From NCBI GenBank assembly GCA_973895155.1, contig OZ316897.1, positions 14,011,375-14,075,374 of the forward strand: a DNA stretch of 64,000 nucleotides. Reading direction: 5' to 3'. The position numbers and the translations under genes are program-made. Below the pieces are notes generated by a model. The model was not told where the DNA came from and searched no databases. It saw only the letters and a program-made list of their open reading frames with translations. Origin of the DNA: Marsupella aquatica. Taxonomy: Eukaryota; Plantae; Marchantiophyta. Shown here piece after piece: positions 36,904 to 52,004 of this stretch (within the stretch, counting starts at the first letter, position 1; each line of letters starts with the position of its first letter).

Positions 36904-37077
36904 TGTTGTGCTGCTCGTCTAGTCGATCAGTTTGCTCACGAATATTGTGAGGACTCTTCTCAAATTGGAACAAGAGGAGATCGCTGTACAGAGTCCACCT
37001 TTGACAGCAAAACTCACTCAGTCTGGACTTTCGAAACCTTGACGGACCGCAGCCCCACCTTATCTGCTCAGATGATG

Positions 37078-37715
37078 GATGATATTAGGGGCGAGTGAAA
37101 TGTGACACAAAACAATACACTCTTCTTTGGAAATTGGTATATCTCTCAATTCTCAATGAAATTTGAATCTGTATGCTGAAATAATGGATATGATAGATGA
37201 TATTAGGGGAGAGGGAAATGCTGAAATCATAGATATGGTAGACGATATTAGAGGAGAGTGAAATGTGACACAAACCAAGACGCTCGTCTTTGAAAATTAG
37301 TAACTCTCTCAATTTTTAATGAAATTTGCATTGGAATGCTCAGATGATAGATGATATTAGAGGAGAGTGACATGTGACACAAAACAAGACACTTGTCTTT
37401 GGAAATTGTTAACTCTCTCAATTCTTAAACCACAAAGGCACCTATGAAGGGCTAAAGGTTACCCATAGGTCTCATTATACACTGCGCAGGTTCAGTTTTA
37501 GTAGGATCGTGCTTGTGCTCCACAAAAGATACTGAGTACTCCAACTTTTATGGTGAATAGTGAGGCAAGGAATGGGTCTTTTATAAAGGCAGGTGTGGTT
37601 TAAGAATTGAATCTGAATGCCCAGATGATAGATGATATTAACAGGGAGTGAAATGTGACACAAAACAAGACACTCTTGTTTGGAAATTAGTAACTCCCTT
37701 GATTCTTAATGAATT
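37078..37715. repeat. Degenerate ~110-bp repeats upstream of AHASS
   Basis: GATATTAG..GAGTGAAATGTGACACAAAACAAGACACT..TTTGGAAATT..AACTCTCTCAATT at ~37081, 37244, 37353, 37633. Confidence 0.85.
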
Positions 37716-39271
37716 TTGAAAGATATCAGAATAGTTGGAAAGATCTGAGTGTCCTAGCAGCTTCTCAACAAGGTATAGTATGCTGTGAGCAGACTGGAAT
37801 TTTTCCTAGTCAGAGAGGGAGAGTATTGCTAATGAGTGTTGTTAATGTTTTTTTTTTTTAAAGTTTTGCTGGCTTTGGTATTACTATTAAATTTGTAAGA
37901 GTCCATATGGCTAGCGAGTTTGCTAATTAAAAGACTAGTCCCAAATTAAATGGGTTTTACTAACCAGTTTTTGGCCAGCTAAGGATTGAGTTTGCTAGGG
38001 AAGTGCAATTTTTCCTTCATAATAGGAAGTTTTTTTCCACCTAACAGGAAGTTTTCTCCTATATGTTTGCATGCCACAATAACCTCTTCTAATGAATCCA
38101 AGAAATGCAGATTTCACAGCACTGGAACAGAGATAGTCAAGGTAGAAGTTTGCTGATAAAGAACCATATGAAACAATAAGAATGCACAGTGAGTGATAAT
38201 ATAAGCTTTGAAAATTCAGAGTTGTCTGGATTCTTAATAGAAGTTGGCCCTATGAGACTAATTGGAACGATATGTCCAACCCTCTTTTATCAAACCCAAG
38301 AAATAGCCTATTCTTTTGTAAATGAAAGGAGAAACTGAACGTCAAAGTTAACTGATAAAAACCTTTTGGACTTACAAGAGTGCTCGCAAATGACATGTGA
38401 ATGGTATCACATTCCATTAGGACAGTAAGGCTCACAAGTTAGCTCGATCCAGAGTGTTTGGCAGTCTGTTGTAAAGGCAAAAGCCCATATAAGCATTTTG
38501 TCAAACTGGGACAGACTGCAATGAAACCCATGTTTTATGCTCAAATCAGCCACAAACTATTATATCCAATCCTGCCATTCTGCTGGATGGTTTGTTTACA
38601 AAAAGCTAGAATGACTAAAATGAATGGCTCTATGCTGAAAAATACCTAAGAACTCACTTCACTACTTTAAAATTCCAATGGACTTGACAAATACGGCTCA
38701 CCTTGCCCATAGCCATGGTAAGATCACATCTAGCACAAGTCATAAAATACATGAAAGAACCCATTGCTCATCATAAGGAAATTGCCAGCGGTGGTTGTTT
38801 GGATGATAAATTGCATGAGATTGCCTAGTTGTGGTTGTCAGCTACACTGACATGTCCTGTTGGGTTTTACATCCTTACTGTCAATGCCATGCACAAGAAT
38901 ACTGAGTGAGACTTGAACACAACAACTACGGTCTGGTGTACTTGCTAGTGTATTGGAGCCAAAACTTGGAATACCATTTTGCCAACAAAACAAAGTTGGG
39001 ATAGTCCCATCTGAGCAAGAGTCATGTTTCAAAGGGGGCACCTAGGGGGCATCATGCCCCAATGTTGTTGGGAATGTTGTACTTCCATGAGAGTATCTGA
39101 CCATGAGTTTGTGATGCAAGCAAGAATAATTCATGACGAAGGGCAATCTCAAGGCTCATGAAGAGCCTCGGGTACACCTGCCCGCTCCTACTGCCCGCCC
39201 CCTCACAATTTTTTGAATGTAAAAAACAACATGAATGATCCCCACTTTTTGGGTGGGGTGAATGTTAAAAA

Positions 39272-39326
39272 CAGGTTTTGAACTTGAGACCTCCCACTCC
39301 CCAACTAAGCTATGTTACCAATGAGC
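39272..39326 (-). mobile_element. tRNA-like SINE head fragment
   Basis: Minus strand GGCTCATTGG...GGTCTCAAGTTCAAAACC (A/B-box-like). No cloverleaf. Confidence 0.3.
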
Positions 39327-42300
39327 CTTTCCCCAATGAATTTGTGTCAATGTGCATTTGTGCCAGGTATTTAACTTCAAATCAGATCCAGCACAAGCGC
39401 GCAGCGGGCAGCATTTATGGGGTAATCAATGCGGAATAGCATTAATTACCCTCGAGATTGGCTTTCGTCGTTAATCAATAATATGGATGATGAAAATACC
39501 ATTCAATGGCATTGATTCTTGTGTCCACTAAAGCCAGGTTGCCAATTGATTTCAGTTTCTCTCTTCTCACTAGGTGTGGAGGATGTAGGTCTTGTGTTTT
39601 AGCAGATGAGGATCAAGCTTGGGGTTTGCTGGGTGCATTTCTTGGATTCCATATGTGATCTGGATCTAACTCGAGAAGTAATCCTAGTATGTAGATAGAT
39701 TATTTTTATTTTGAATCTTAAATGGCAAAAGATAAAGCCCGGATGGACCTGCAAGTTGTCCATGAAGCCCTGATAGATAAATCAAACCTACATGGACCGA
39801 ACCCCATTATTTAAGCTCTGATCTGAGCTGTTCTTTTTCATCAAGATAGAACTTGTAAAGGGGAAAACTAGGAAATAATATATATAGTGAGAAAAGAATG
39901 GAAGAAGGGCATAGAAAAATATACATGGGTATTTCAACTAAATATATAATTTCTGGAATAACAAAGAAGATATATGGAGGCGTAATTATTTAGGTTCAAA
40001 ATGGATAGAATAACAAAGAAGTTAGCCGTCATTAGCTGAAAGAATAACAAAGAAAAAGGGGTGGGGAGACTGAAGCAAAGATGTGCCATTACAACAATGT
40101 CCATATTAGATTTGTGGATTGTTGCCATGATTCCCGCCCAAATTACAGTGTTTAGAGGGTAAAGTAATAGCAATCAAGGCTTTTTTTCAAGAGACAATGG
40201 TGACAGCAAGTTAACATGTAGATCATGCCTTTGGGATCATGGCCAATATTCCTCCAAGGATGTTAGTTATCACCCCACTGAATAATATTATTATATATTA
40301 GAATATTGTGCAACAATCAATGGCACATAACATAAGTGCAAAATCACTCATGCTGTTGAACCCCATGTGTATTGTCAGGTCATACACATCAGACTTCTCA
40401 TAGCCCTACCTCTTCTTCCCCCAAACATTGTGTTTTGAATGTGTGTTTGATATTACAAATTTTTCAGTCCCAATAAGAAAAATTTGGTTCAACTTACTAG
40501 TAACTTGTTGTAGTAACTTGTCCAATACAACGCCCAAGGATTGTGTTTGAATGAGGAGTTGTGTTTGAATAAGATGTTGTGTTTGAGTTGAGGGCTGCAT
40601 TCAGAGTATAGTAGAAGCTCCACTGGAAGCCTATGTGATGAGACAGACATGCTTGGTACCTGTGTAATCTTCCTTGCATCCTCCTCGGTTGTCATTGAAT
40701 GTTGGTCAGCCTACCTGGCCAAGGCCAGTCCAATATCTTTAGATGGAGCATCTGATTCTATTGTAGCTTTTGTAAGCTTGTCATGATTGCAGTTGATTTT
40801 GGTAGTCATTGTAGTTGATTTTGGTAGGCATTGTAGTTACCTAACACGGGGTAAGCAAAATTTGGGCTTTGAAAGACTTATGTATTCACATCAATTGTAT
40901 AGTAAGGTGTTTAAATTCTTTCACTTACAGGTGATTGAGTGGGTACTGGCACTCACTGATTTCCAACTTTCCCAATAACAGAGGGTCATTGTAGATAGGA
41001 CTAAGATGTGCTAGCTACCAGACAATCAAAGGATAATAGGGTACTAACCCAGTACTAAGCATCAGGGCTGTGATTGATTTGTGTAATGCATCAGGCAATG
41101 CATTTAAATTAACTTCACTCAATAGGATAGCTATTTGAGTGACTTAGTTTAATAATTTCAGTGTTTGAATAATTTAGCTAGTACAACTTTCTGAAGGGAG
41201 TATATTATTTGGGAGCCCGTTTGGGAGCAGAAGAAACTTGAACACAAATACACTTCTGTCTAAGACACATCAATTCTATGCCTATTAATCTTGCCTACAC
41301 CCTACATTAATCTCAGAATGCCAAAATTCAAACACATCATCAGAAATCCAAAATCCAAAAAGGGAGGCTAGACTAGGACACAATGCTCGCCCCGGGTGCT
41401 GGATTCAAATAGAAAGCCCCATGGCCCACTATCCTAATAGAGTGCCAGTGGGGAAACATGGTTATACTTACATTGCTCAAGTCAGCTGGAAAGTGCATGA
41501 ACCTGTCTTCCATAACTTGGATAAGTGCATGGGACTATTATGTGTAATCATAGGCTGCACTAGTGAATAAATGTCAATTGGGTATCCTGTGCACTTGTGG
41601 GTGTATACATGTATCCACAAGTTGACAGCCAGAAAGGTTGGGAAGAAGTAATTTGACTTATCACATCATGCAATATATATACACCTCACACTTAAGCATG
41701 GTGGACTAATGTCCTCTGCATTGAAGTTAGAATGGATCTTGCATTTATGCAATAGCAATAGTTAATCATGTAGCACCCTTAAAAATAAAAATAAAATGTA
41801 ACACGCTTGAAAATGACAAATTCAGAAGGGAAGTTACCAAAGCTCCAAAACTGAAAAACTCCTGCTAAGGAACGTGGATTTCCACACTTCTGTGTACCAT
41901 CCTCAACGAGCGAATAGATGAATCAGCTACAATAGTACTGTAATTAGTTAATTGATTTATTACCGAGGCTATTAATCAATTAAATAATTAACAACATTAA
42001 TTTTGAAGGGTTCTTCTTCTTATCTCTGTTCAAGCGTCTAATCAAGTGCTGCATTAGAGGACTGAACAAAGACCCTTTCGCTACACGAGAGCTTTAATAC
42101 AAAGAAAGTTGCAGAAACTCAAATAAACATATGGCCTCCTCCTTTCTAGCTTCCTCTACTCTGAGGAGACCCACCCACACGACCGACCTACTTCTGAATA
42201 CGCTTCTACCCAGGTGATCCCTTGCTATATAACCAACTGAGAGCATGGTGCACCGAGGTATCGTCGTAGTTACGAACATTTTACAAACACTCCTCGATGT

Positions 42301-42728
42301 CATGATCGGGAGCAACTCTCAGTTCCTGAACCTGAAGCTCAAAGTCCAACACGAGCTGGTCGAATTGATAGTCTCTAGTGTTGGACTTTGAACGGCAAGA
42401 CAACACAATGTCGAGGAGAATGATCGAGCTGAAGACGACCAAACTCCATTCAATCGCCGAGAAAATGTGGAGGCACCGACTCTAAAACCAACAGCAGCTG
42501 GTGGAAATGCTCATCTGTTGGGCATAAAGGCGGTGCACATGGTCCATTCAAGCAAGATCGGTAATTATGTAGCTGGGACAGTCGAGTCGAGTTGAGGAGT
42601 GTGGTGATTTTGGTTGATGAACAGTAGAGAGATCGAGAAAACACGTTGCACGGACATTCATTGCTGGGCATTGTGGAGCCGGCCCCAGTTCGATCGATCA
42701 TCCGTGGGTGACCAGCTGCGTGGATCGA

Positions 42729-45700
42729 CTAAGTGTCCGAGTCGGAGCTGCGAGGAGATCCAGACTCCATGTCTTCATCCTCCGACGATTTGTCTGCATT
42801 TTTGCTGCCCGAGTTGTCGTTGTTCTGATTATTCGTGTTGGCCTCCTTCTCTGCTTGCGCAACCAAAACCTTTAGAGCGCCTTCCATGTCTTCGAAGTTC
42901 GGCAGAGCTGTGCATGGTGCTGCACCTTTCTCGTTCGACGGCCAGTAGTCGTCAGTGGTCAGCACCTGTAAAACGACATACGATAATCTGCACCTGTCAG
43001 ATCTTGCTTGTCGGCATGATTGCAATCTCGAACTTCGTTGGAATGAAGGACAAGGACAAGTTCAGATGACAGGTTACAGTCTGACCATCGATCCTGATCC
43101 AGTTACCGTAAATTGATAATTCCTCAGATGGCAGTGCACAAGACAAAAGCACCCAAATTGGCCAGTCTTATGCTGCACTGGACCAAACACTTGGCTCTTT
43201 TCTGTTGAAGGGATTTAATCGACCGTTCTGAGAACATGAACATGACCGTCAACAAAGCTCACTTTTCGAGTTACTTGTCGACAAACGCTCGAATATCGTT
43301 TCCACTTGGAAATGATCGTGTTGAACGTGGGTCTTGTTTTAACACAATCATCAGTCACAATGTAGGCCCCAATCATCGATGTTCTAAGATAAAAATGCAA
43401 TGCACCATCGTCTGGACTCTGGAAACCAAGGATCAACGAGCAGGTTAGGGCCAGACCCCTACAGGTGTGTTTTCTAGAGGGCCCTGGAAAACTCGCAAGA
43501 CCGTAATCAATTGGATCCAAAAAGGCCCGAAACAACGATCTTCACTAGGGACCAGGCCTGCCATCCCGCTGTTCATGTACTGACTGTTTGGTAGCAAAAA
43601 CGAACTTTCTCGTTTTCTGTTTCGAAGTCAAGTGCACTGCTCTACATGCACTTGTGTCGACAGACTGATGGTAGGAGTTAGGCTTCCCTCCGGATTGTCA
43701 GTGGGAACCAACCCCAAGATCATCGGTCCTACTTCTACAGGTGGATCACGTGAGGCGGATCTTTCTGCCATTTTGGCATTTCTACATTACATGCAACGAG
43801 AACCGACAACATAGCGTTACTGTACTGAACCAGCATTCAGTGTCAGGCATTTCAACAAAGCCTGACCCGGGTTCCAGAAGTATCTGGAGAACAGAAAACC
43901 CCAACGGAGACGTTTGGAACTGTGCGCTCTACCATGGCTATCGATCGACTCTAACAAGTACATTGCCCCAAGAATCATAGTTCTTTGATATCTACTTCAT
44001 CTTTCGATCCTGCAATCCCCAATTTTGAGCGGAATGAGCGAGAGATCGTGAATGTTGCAATTGAAAGTGGATCGTTACACTTACTTTGACTTGAAGTTGC
44101 AGAAATTTCACGTAGTTTATTGCCTTTTCCAGCATTGTTACCAAGTCAACCTGTAGTAAAACATGCAAAATAGGCTTCTGTAAATGTCACAATCGCTCTT
44201 GAAGGATTACGGAACAATAACATGAATATGATCGAAGCGCACTGATCTGCGTTCGTTATCCACTTTCAGTAGCTAAACAAAAGTGCCAGTCTGAATGACA
44301 AAGTTCACTTTACGAGAAAAACGTGTACAGACAGGCCAAACGATGTGCATGCAGCGACGTAGTCCGAAAATGATAACAAAATTATCGGCATCTTGCTCGT
44401 CATTGCTTTTTTGAAACTCTCTGATTGACACAACATTGATTACACTTCGCGTTTTGAAGCGGCCCAACAGTGAGAAACTAAGTTTGTACCTTTGAACCAT
44501 TTGGAACCAGGTCTTGCAATACTTTAAGTCGCTCGCTGATCCGCTCACGACGCACCTGCGCATGTAATACACGGAACAGAACCAACGACTCTATCAGATC
44601 TCGTAAGAGCGGAGTTTTGTGTAAACTCTGAGCGAGAAGTCTGAGCTCAAACTACAGTTCGGTACGAAAGCTCCACAATATTCGAGGTTTCAATCTTATT
44701 TAGCCAATTTGTCGCTGAAATGCTATATGTGCAAAGCACTGTTCTCTTTATTGGCATACAAGTATGAGGTGCGCGTTAGAGTCTGAAAGAAGAAGAAACT
44801 TACTCGAGCTGCAATGCTCTGGGGGTCGTTAGCGCTGCCTTGTCTGGCACGCGGCTTCAAATTTGTATTGAGAGCCGGCCCGACGGCATGTCTGGAGCTA
44901 GACTTCGTGTACGGTAGGACGGACCCAGTGACACAGGAGTCTTGGTCCTTGGAACAGGTGGATGTGAGAGAAGAGGCCCATGAGGATGAGCGCTTGAGGG
45001 CGACAGGCAGCATCGCTGCCTGTCCATTCTGAGTCTCCTGTACATAGACAAACCTCACAACGTCAGGGAACATCGTTGCTAGAGACTTTCGAAGATGTCA
45101 TGACGCGTGCTCTTCAACATCCCACAGGCTTATTATGGGTATCTGTAATGATATTGAGGAACAAGAGGCCGATTCGGTCCGGAATTTCTCACTGACAGTC
45201 GTTCTATCAACGAACAGATGAACCCTTGGTGGCAGTCAGAAACTTCTCGAGATCCTAATTCGAAGATCACGATCATACTGGTGTAAACGTCTAACCAGAC
45301 CCGCATCACACATTAAAACCAAGCTATTGTAGTAAAGCTCGTAAGCTATCACGGGTCTTCTAAGGGCTATATGTAAGAGTACAATCTGTGCAAAAGAAAC
45401 GTAACTATGCAATGCGTCGAAAAGGTTGAAGAAGGGGTAGCATTCCAATCTGTCGTATCAACCTATGAGACGCATGCATACAATCATGCATATATCGTGA
45501 ACACTAAGTTTAGCTTACCATATGGAGGCGCTTGTGTGAGGTGCTATTGCCGCGTTGTCCGATACTCATCTGCAGAAATCGCTTCCTCGAGTCGTCCCCA
45601 GAAGTTACCAGGTCGACGGAGACAGATTGCTGTCCAACGCTTGCATTAGGTGGTGGCCAAGTCGAATCATACAAGCCTTGTCCATCATCTTTAGCTCCCA

Positions 45701-47036
45701 GAGTACTGCCGGTAGTGTAAGGGAACCGTCCCAGATTACCTAGGCCTGGATTACTACCAGAGAAATCTTTGACCCCAGTTCCAGTTCCAGCAGCAGCAGC
45801 ATTGGTGGGCCATTTCCTCAAGCTTTCAAGAGGGTCAACCTTTTTCTGCGTAGAATACAAATAGCTGTGTGAACCTAAGACGGACTCCGACGGCGATATA
45901 TTCAACGCTGAGTTACCGGATAACGACTCGAGCAATAATTTCGGGCTGTTCATGTTGGAATCACCAAATCTTTGATTCGAAGCAGTTGTGTTCATTATTG
46001 CGCTACTATCTAAAGTGGAACTAGGAGAATTATGGTTGAAGAAGACACGGGAATTACTGCTCAGGTAGCTCTTGTCGTGATCCATTGGGGAGATGCTATA
46101 GTTCTTGTGCTGCAAAAACAGCCCGTTTGCCACATTATTGTTGCTGGCTTCCGTGAGTCCCGCCGAAGATTGGCTCATCTGAAGGCCCGAAAATCCCATC
46201 GATGACAAGTCAGTAGAGTTGCCAGAGTTCGCATCAAGCCCGGACATTTGATTCTGTATCTTCCTTGCCATCGAGTCATACACCGAGGTAGCCTCAAAAT
46301 TGCCCATGCACCGTTCTTCTCCTAGGTAGTCCATGTTGAATTTCGATGCGTCGAGGCACGAAGAAGATGAGAGTGCCGGAAATGAATGGCTGTACGCAGG
46401 GAGACCGCTCATGTTGGGGTTCAAAAGCCCAACTGACGTGTGGTCTTCGTCCGACATCGACTGCCATGACCTTCTTTGGTAAGATGGCAGTGTAGCCGTG
46501 TGATTCATAGAAGCAGTCGCCGACGGGGAATTGTGGAGAGGCCACTGGTGCATCAGTGAGTCTCCCGCTTTCGATGTTCCCAGCAGCCGAGACGCGTCGT
46601 TCCCCAACGTGTCACTGGACAGGAGAGAGGTGTCATCCATGGACCCGGAAGATCGTGAAAGACTTTCCTGGGCCCAGCTGTACTCCGAATCACCTGTACC
46701 CCAGATCGAGCTTTTGGGATGGAGAAAATTGGCCGTGGGGTTGGCAGACGATACATCGTTCGAAAGGAGGCTGCCCGATTCGAGATTGTGCAACTCTGGA
46801 GGAAGAAGGTCACTTTCGGGCCCTGAGTCGGACGAAGAGCTTGCCAGTCTTGCTGCAGCAACTTGTGCACTGAGGAGATTCCCGGGGGATCCGTCATCGT
46901 ACTCGCTAGACTCCTGATCACATTGCCATGCTTGGAGTGACGAGTGAGTTTCTTGACTGGGGCTTTTGCTGACTTGAAGAACACCTTCCATCATATTGTT
47001 GCTTCTCCTGCCACTCAGAGTAAGTGTTCTAATCAT
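42729..47036 (-). CDS. RSL1: Class I ROOT HAIR DEFECTIVE SIX-LIKE bHLH transcription factor
   Basis: Exons 47036-45519, 45037-44804, 44555-44490, 44150-44085, 42965-42729 give [79 protein letters not shown] (bHLH plus RSL motif). The start codon could be a later ATG. Confidence 0.95.
44963..44983 (-). promoter_or_regulatory. Putative FRH1 miRNA target site in RSL1 exon 2
   Basis: Plus strand TGTGAGAGAAGAGGCCCATGA closely matches the Marchantia FRH1 mature miRNA as I recall it (UGUGUGAGAAGAGGCCAAUGU). Confidence 0.7.
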
Positions 47037-47930
47037 GGTGCGGCTCTGTGCACTTATTCCGTGACGTTACCCAGTGTCTATGAACTAAGTCGAATCGACT
47101 AAATACCTAAGGAAGTGCGAGAAATCATTTTGTCGTCTGAATCTGGCAACGCTAGCCATATAAAGTGTCAGCTTTGTTTGAAGACTGCACCGGTGGACTG
47201 AGCGGATAGGCTGCTGAAGGGCTCCTGCGAACAACCCAGCTGAACTACTTCTTCTTCTTCACCCAACAGTCGAGAACCATCAATAGCTGCTACTAGTTCA
47301 TGAATATGAACTCACTCCCGCATCCTGAAAATTTTGGCAGCAGCAGCGTCACAAACTCCTCCTGCATCCTGGAAACTTTGGCAGAGCCAGTGCATCAGTT
47401 GAAGCCCTCGAAAAATCTGAACCAGAACACCATAGAAATGATAGGGCAGAAAGACAATGTGAAGCATGGGGAGGGAGACAGGGACAAGTGAAGCACTCCC
47501 AATTGATGAGAGACTTGATTAGATCTAGGGAGCGAGGCGGAGGCGGAGCCCCCGGAGGGTGGGGTGAGGTTTTCGCTGTGCAGCGGAAGGACGTGGATAG
47601 CCTGTGAGGGATGGGAGATTGGGGGAGGGGGAGCTAGACACGACTAAAGCTTGCTAAAGGCAATTACGAGTGCCATAAACATGGTACCTGAAGTTGAGTT
47701 CAGCAAGTTGTGTAAGAACTTGGAGGAGGAGGATGAGGGGAGGTCGGAGGGCCTTCTCACTGTTGCTTGCACTGTGGGGTCAGAGTGTCGGAGGTCGGGC
47801 AGTGTGAAGAAGCAAGGTGCACAGTAATTCATGCATTCCTAGCGCACGCTGCTCTAGCAGGATCCTTCCCAGGCGCTTCAGGTCCTAGTTAATCGCTTCT
47901 GCTTGTCTGGCCTTCAACTTAGGAGTGGCA

Positions 47931-48710
47931 CGGTCACTGAAGTGCCTACTACTCAGGTTCACTCGTTGGGCTCAGGTTCTGCTACGTACCCCTTGTTTTG
48001 CGCTTGAAGAAAGGAGTATGTACCTCGGTCACTGAAGTGGCTACTACTCAGGTTCACTCTTTGGGCTCAGGTTGCTTCATACCACTTGTTTTGCGCTTGA
48101 AGAAAGGAGTATGTACCAGGCCTATGACCTAGATGGTCGGTCAAGGTGTCCCTGTAATTGCACATAATAAAAAAGACAGCGAGATTGGTACTTAGAATGT
48201 AATTGCACATTAAAAAAAGACAGCCAGATCCCTATTTAGAATAGCACTCAGTGATTTAAACAAAATAATTGGCTTTATGGAATGATATTGTCACAGTTTG
48301 ATGTACTGGGGACTCTCTGTCAAGTGCATATGCAAGTTACACTCCTAGATGTGTTAAGAAGATGGTTGTGCTCACACAAGTTACACTTCTAGAATTGTTA
48401 AGAAGATGGTTCTAGTAATGTGCAGATGAAAACCAACTTTAAGACACCCCCAATTGTCAAACCACAAAACCTGATGTACCTTAACTACTAAGTTAAAAAG
48501 AGGGACATAAAAAGTTAAGTGCAAATGGAAGTTACACTCCTAGATGTGTTAAGATGATGGTTGTGTTCACACAAGTTACACTTCTAGAATTGTTAAGAAG
48601 ATGGCTTTAGTAATGTGCAGATGAAAACCAAGTTTAAGACACCCCCAATTCTCAAATCACAAAACCTGATGTATTTTAACTACTAGGTTAAAGATACGGA
48701 CAATAAAAGT
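47931..48710. repeat. Cluster of local tandem duplications upstream of RSL1
   Basis: ~95-bp unit x2 (47931, 48026), ~46-bp unit x2 (~48153, ~48198), ~195-bp unit x2 (48334, 48529). Confidence 0.88.
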
Positions 48711-51700
48711 TATGGACTGCCAAATTGATAGATCCATGGACCATTGGCCTTGGCCTCTGGTGAAGGGGTCTAGATAGTCCCTCTGCTGGCTTCTCTCTAG
48801 CTGTATGCTCATTTTCAAAATAAACAAAATTTACACTATATTTAAGGTAAGAAAAAAGAAAACTAGGAAACCCTAATGTGGACTAGTTGTATTTTGTGGG
48901 AGATGAAAGATGAAAGAAATCTCTACTTCTGCTGCCATAGACCTTTATTCCATCACCTGGCAAGCAAGCCCTCTTCAGGGTGAGGAAAGCAGAGTGGATA
49001 GTCTGGCATCCCATCCACTCCCAGGTCGGAGTTGAGGGTCCCACTGAAACCCTAAATGGCTGTGATCTTCCCTGCCAATTTTGGAGATAGAAGGGTTGAC
49101 CCTAGCTAAGGGCCTAAGGAATACAGGCCTCACTCGGCTGCCCTTATAACAAGAATGAGAGGAATGTCACTTTGAACACTTTTTTCCACACGAAGTTTCC
49201 ATCTGGGCTGTACACTGGATCCGCCGTCGTTGGGCTTAAAAGATTGATAAAAAGATAGATGTCTGCAACTGCAAGGAATTGAGTGTGTCTCAGGGGATGC
49301 TGATGTGGACGGTGTTTTTGCGGCCCAAGCTTAGACCATGTCAAGAGGTGATGTTTTGTTGTCCCCTCAATCTCTTTCATTTCCAGCAGTTCGAATCCAA
49401 TGTGAAGTGGACACTAGCCCATCCTGACGTCTTTCGTTTAGAGGACTATGTTACAGACAAAAGCTTGTCCACCGGTTTTGGTGTGAAAAAAGTGGCACTG
49501 CCTACCTGTTCATTCTTGTAAACCGAGCCTTGGCGTTTGGGTTACTAATATTCTGAAGGGGGTTCGAGTTGTTGCACTGGGAGGGGTGTCTGGTAGGTGG
49601 AAAGATAGGAATGATGATGGACCGACCATTCTAAGATGTCAACAGTGTTGAGCAACTGCGAAGGACTAGACAATTGAGTTGACACGGCTATGAGAAGGCT
49701 TCCTTCTTGGCAAGACTCCATGACTGGATCTCCTATGACGTTCTCTCTTTGAAGATAGGAAAAGTTCCATGAAGTGGCACTCTTATGCCCTGTCTTTGTA
49801 AAGGTAGGTAAGTGTGTCTAATCATCTCATTGCTTCCATCCAATCTGACGACTTTGAATCACACCCTTCCCAAAAAATTGAATAGTAGAAGATGGACTAC
49901 GAAGGTTGTCAAAACCTAAGATAGACTCTCATAACCTGGCTGGACCATTTTCAAACATTCTTTGAACTCAAATAATATAGTCTCTTTCTACAAATGGTGA
50001 CAGTTGTTTCTCAGAAGTTGGTAAGTAGATTGGATTTGCATTGTTACACATGGTGATTGATCGGAGCGTCAGTTTAAAAAATAGTATTTGTATTCAAGAA
50101 AAATTCAATAACGGAGAGCCTCGTTATGGAGGTTTGGTTATACCTAAACCATCCAATTATTCCACCCTACGGGTAGCTCATACACCTTGGCTAAGGTTTT
50201 TAAATGTTTTTACTCTGCAGCACTTTGGCTCATTTCAGCTCACGATCGACCGAATTCATCTCCATTTACCTCAATTACGTACTTTATACCACATAGTCGT
50301 TTCCATTGGGGAAATGTGGACTGCTCCAAGGAAGTACAGTACTATGAGAGACCCAAGGTATGATGAGGTATGCACTCTTTTATTCAGTCCTTTCGAGCCC
50401 AAACAAATTGGGCGGATAAAATATGCAAAGAAAGTACCCAGTCATCCACAATGCTGGGATTCCGTGTGGGTGTAATCCAGTACAGTGATTAGGTAATCAC
50501 CCTCACTTGGATTGCACGGTTTATTTCATTTCCCTAGTCCACATAATTCCACACATGGATGCATCAATTGAGTTAATTGTCTACCTTGAACTGTCTACCA
50601 GGATCTACTAGGAGAACCTTCCACACATGGACACCGCAATTGATCAGTAAGTTCACAACACTTCACTGTATTGCCGGGAGAAACGAAAGACGGACGGCAT
50701 CAAGGCAGGTGCATCGCCAATTATTAATCATGAGTCAGCCCACCAACAGACCACACAGCCTCAGCCAGTTAATTAATTATCTTGGGACAATTCTGCTCAA
50801 TAATTGGGTTTAGAATTAGATGAAGTGTGTGACTATGTCGCTCTTAAGTGGGTCCTTAAAAACACGAGCTCCTACGTACGGGGACGCATGTTCGTGACTT
50901 CAATTTGTCGGCTCCCCTCGCTTGCAGGACTAATTACTAATTACAATACAGGTTTGTGTTTCTCGATTCCGCTGAGTGCTGACCTCTAACAGCCAGAAAC
51001 TTTGGGAAGTTAGAGCATTACAGTAGCAGAGGGAGATATCCGTGACCTCCCTGTCCGTGGCAATGACGAGTTGACGACACTGGTACAGTAGTAAGGTAGT
51101 TAATATGGTTAATACTGATTTGGTATGAAAATTGCATCTATTCGGTAATCTGGTATAGCTACAGTAGTAGACAATTTCCCAAATGTAGCTCAATCATAAG
51201 TGGCAGGATAAAACCCGGGACGTCTTGGTCCCAGGGTCATATGAGCATTGTTGACAAACACCACATGTCATAGGAGTTCAAACTTTGGGCAACATTCAGG
51301 TTTGTACTTGAATATTGCAATGTTTGTGATTGTGGGGTGCAAATTGATTTATTCATTCGAGAAAGGTCACAGTGCACTGATTGAAGAGGTGCAAATTATT
51401 GTCCACGATGCAGTGAGTTTCAGCTATGCAAGAAAGGGACCGAGCTATTAAGTTAACGAAAGTATATTGGAGGGGACCTCCTGTTGGCCCACAAATAGAG
51501 GGCCAACAGACCAATGGGCTTTTCCTACCATGCCCACTACTCGCTTTCTCTGGATCTACAGTAGTGAGTGCCCTACATAATGAGTGTTCTACAGTACTTG
51601 ATGGGAAACGAAAATGCCTTTTGTATTTTGCTTCTAGTCTATATATAAAATACTGCCAAAAAAACAACGTGTCAAACCCATAGATAGGATCCCAAAGACA

Positions 51701-52004
51701 AGAAACAAGAAAAAGTCCAGGAACATCAAGAGCCGAAAAACCTCCAGTCTCCTGAACAACAGCAAAAGAACTAAAGTACTATTGAATAACCAAGTAACAC
51801 TTTCTAGTTTCAGTTTCACTTTACTTTTTTAGGTGTTAATAACTCAAATTACCATTGTCCTTTGAGTTCTTAGTTTGATACTGAATAGAAGGGCCCTCCT
51901 TCAAACAAGCATTGGGCAGGACACAATACATTTTCAGACGGGATAGGAAGTACTCCCCACAAGTGAAACACTAGGTTTTGGCAATGTCTTTGACACATGA
52001 CTGG

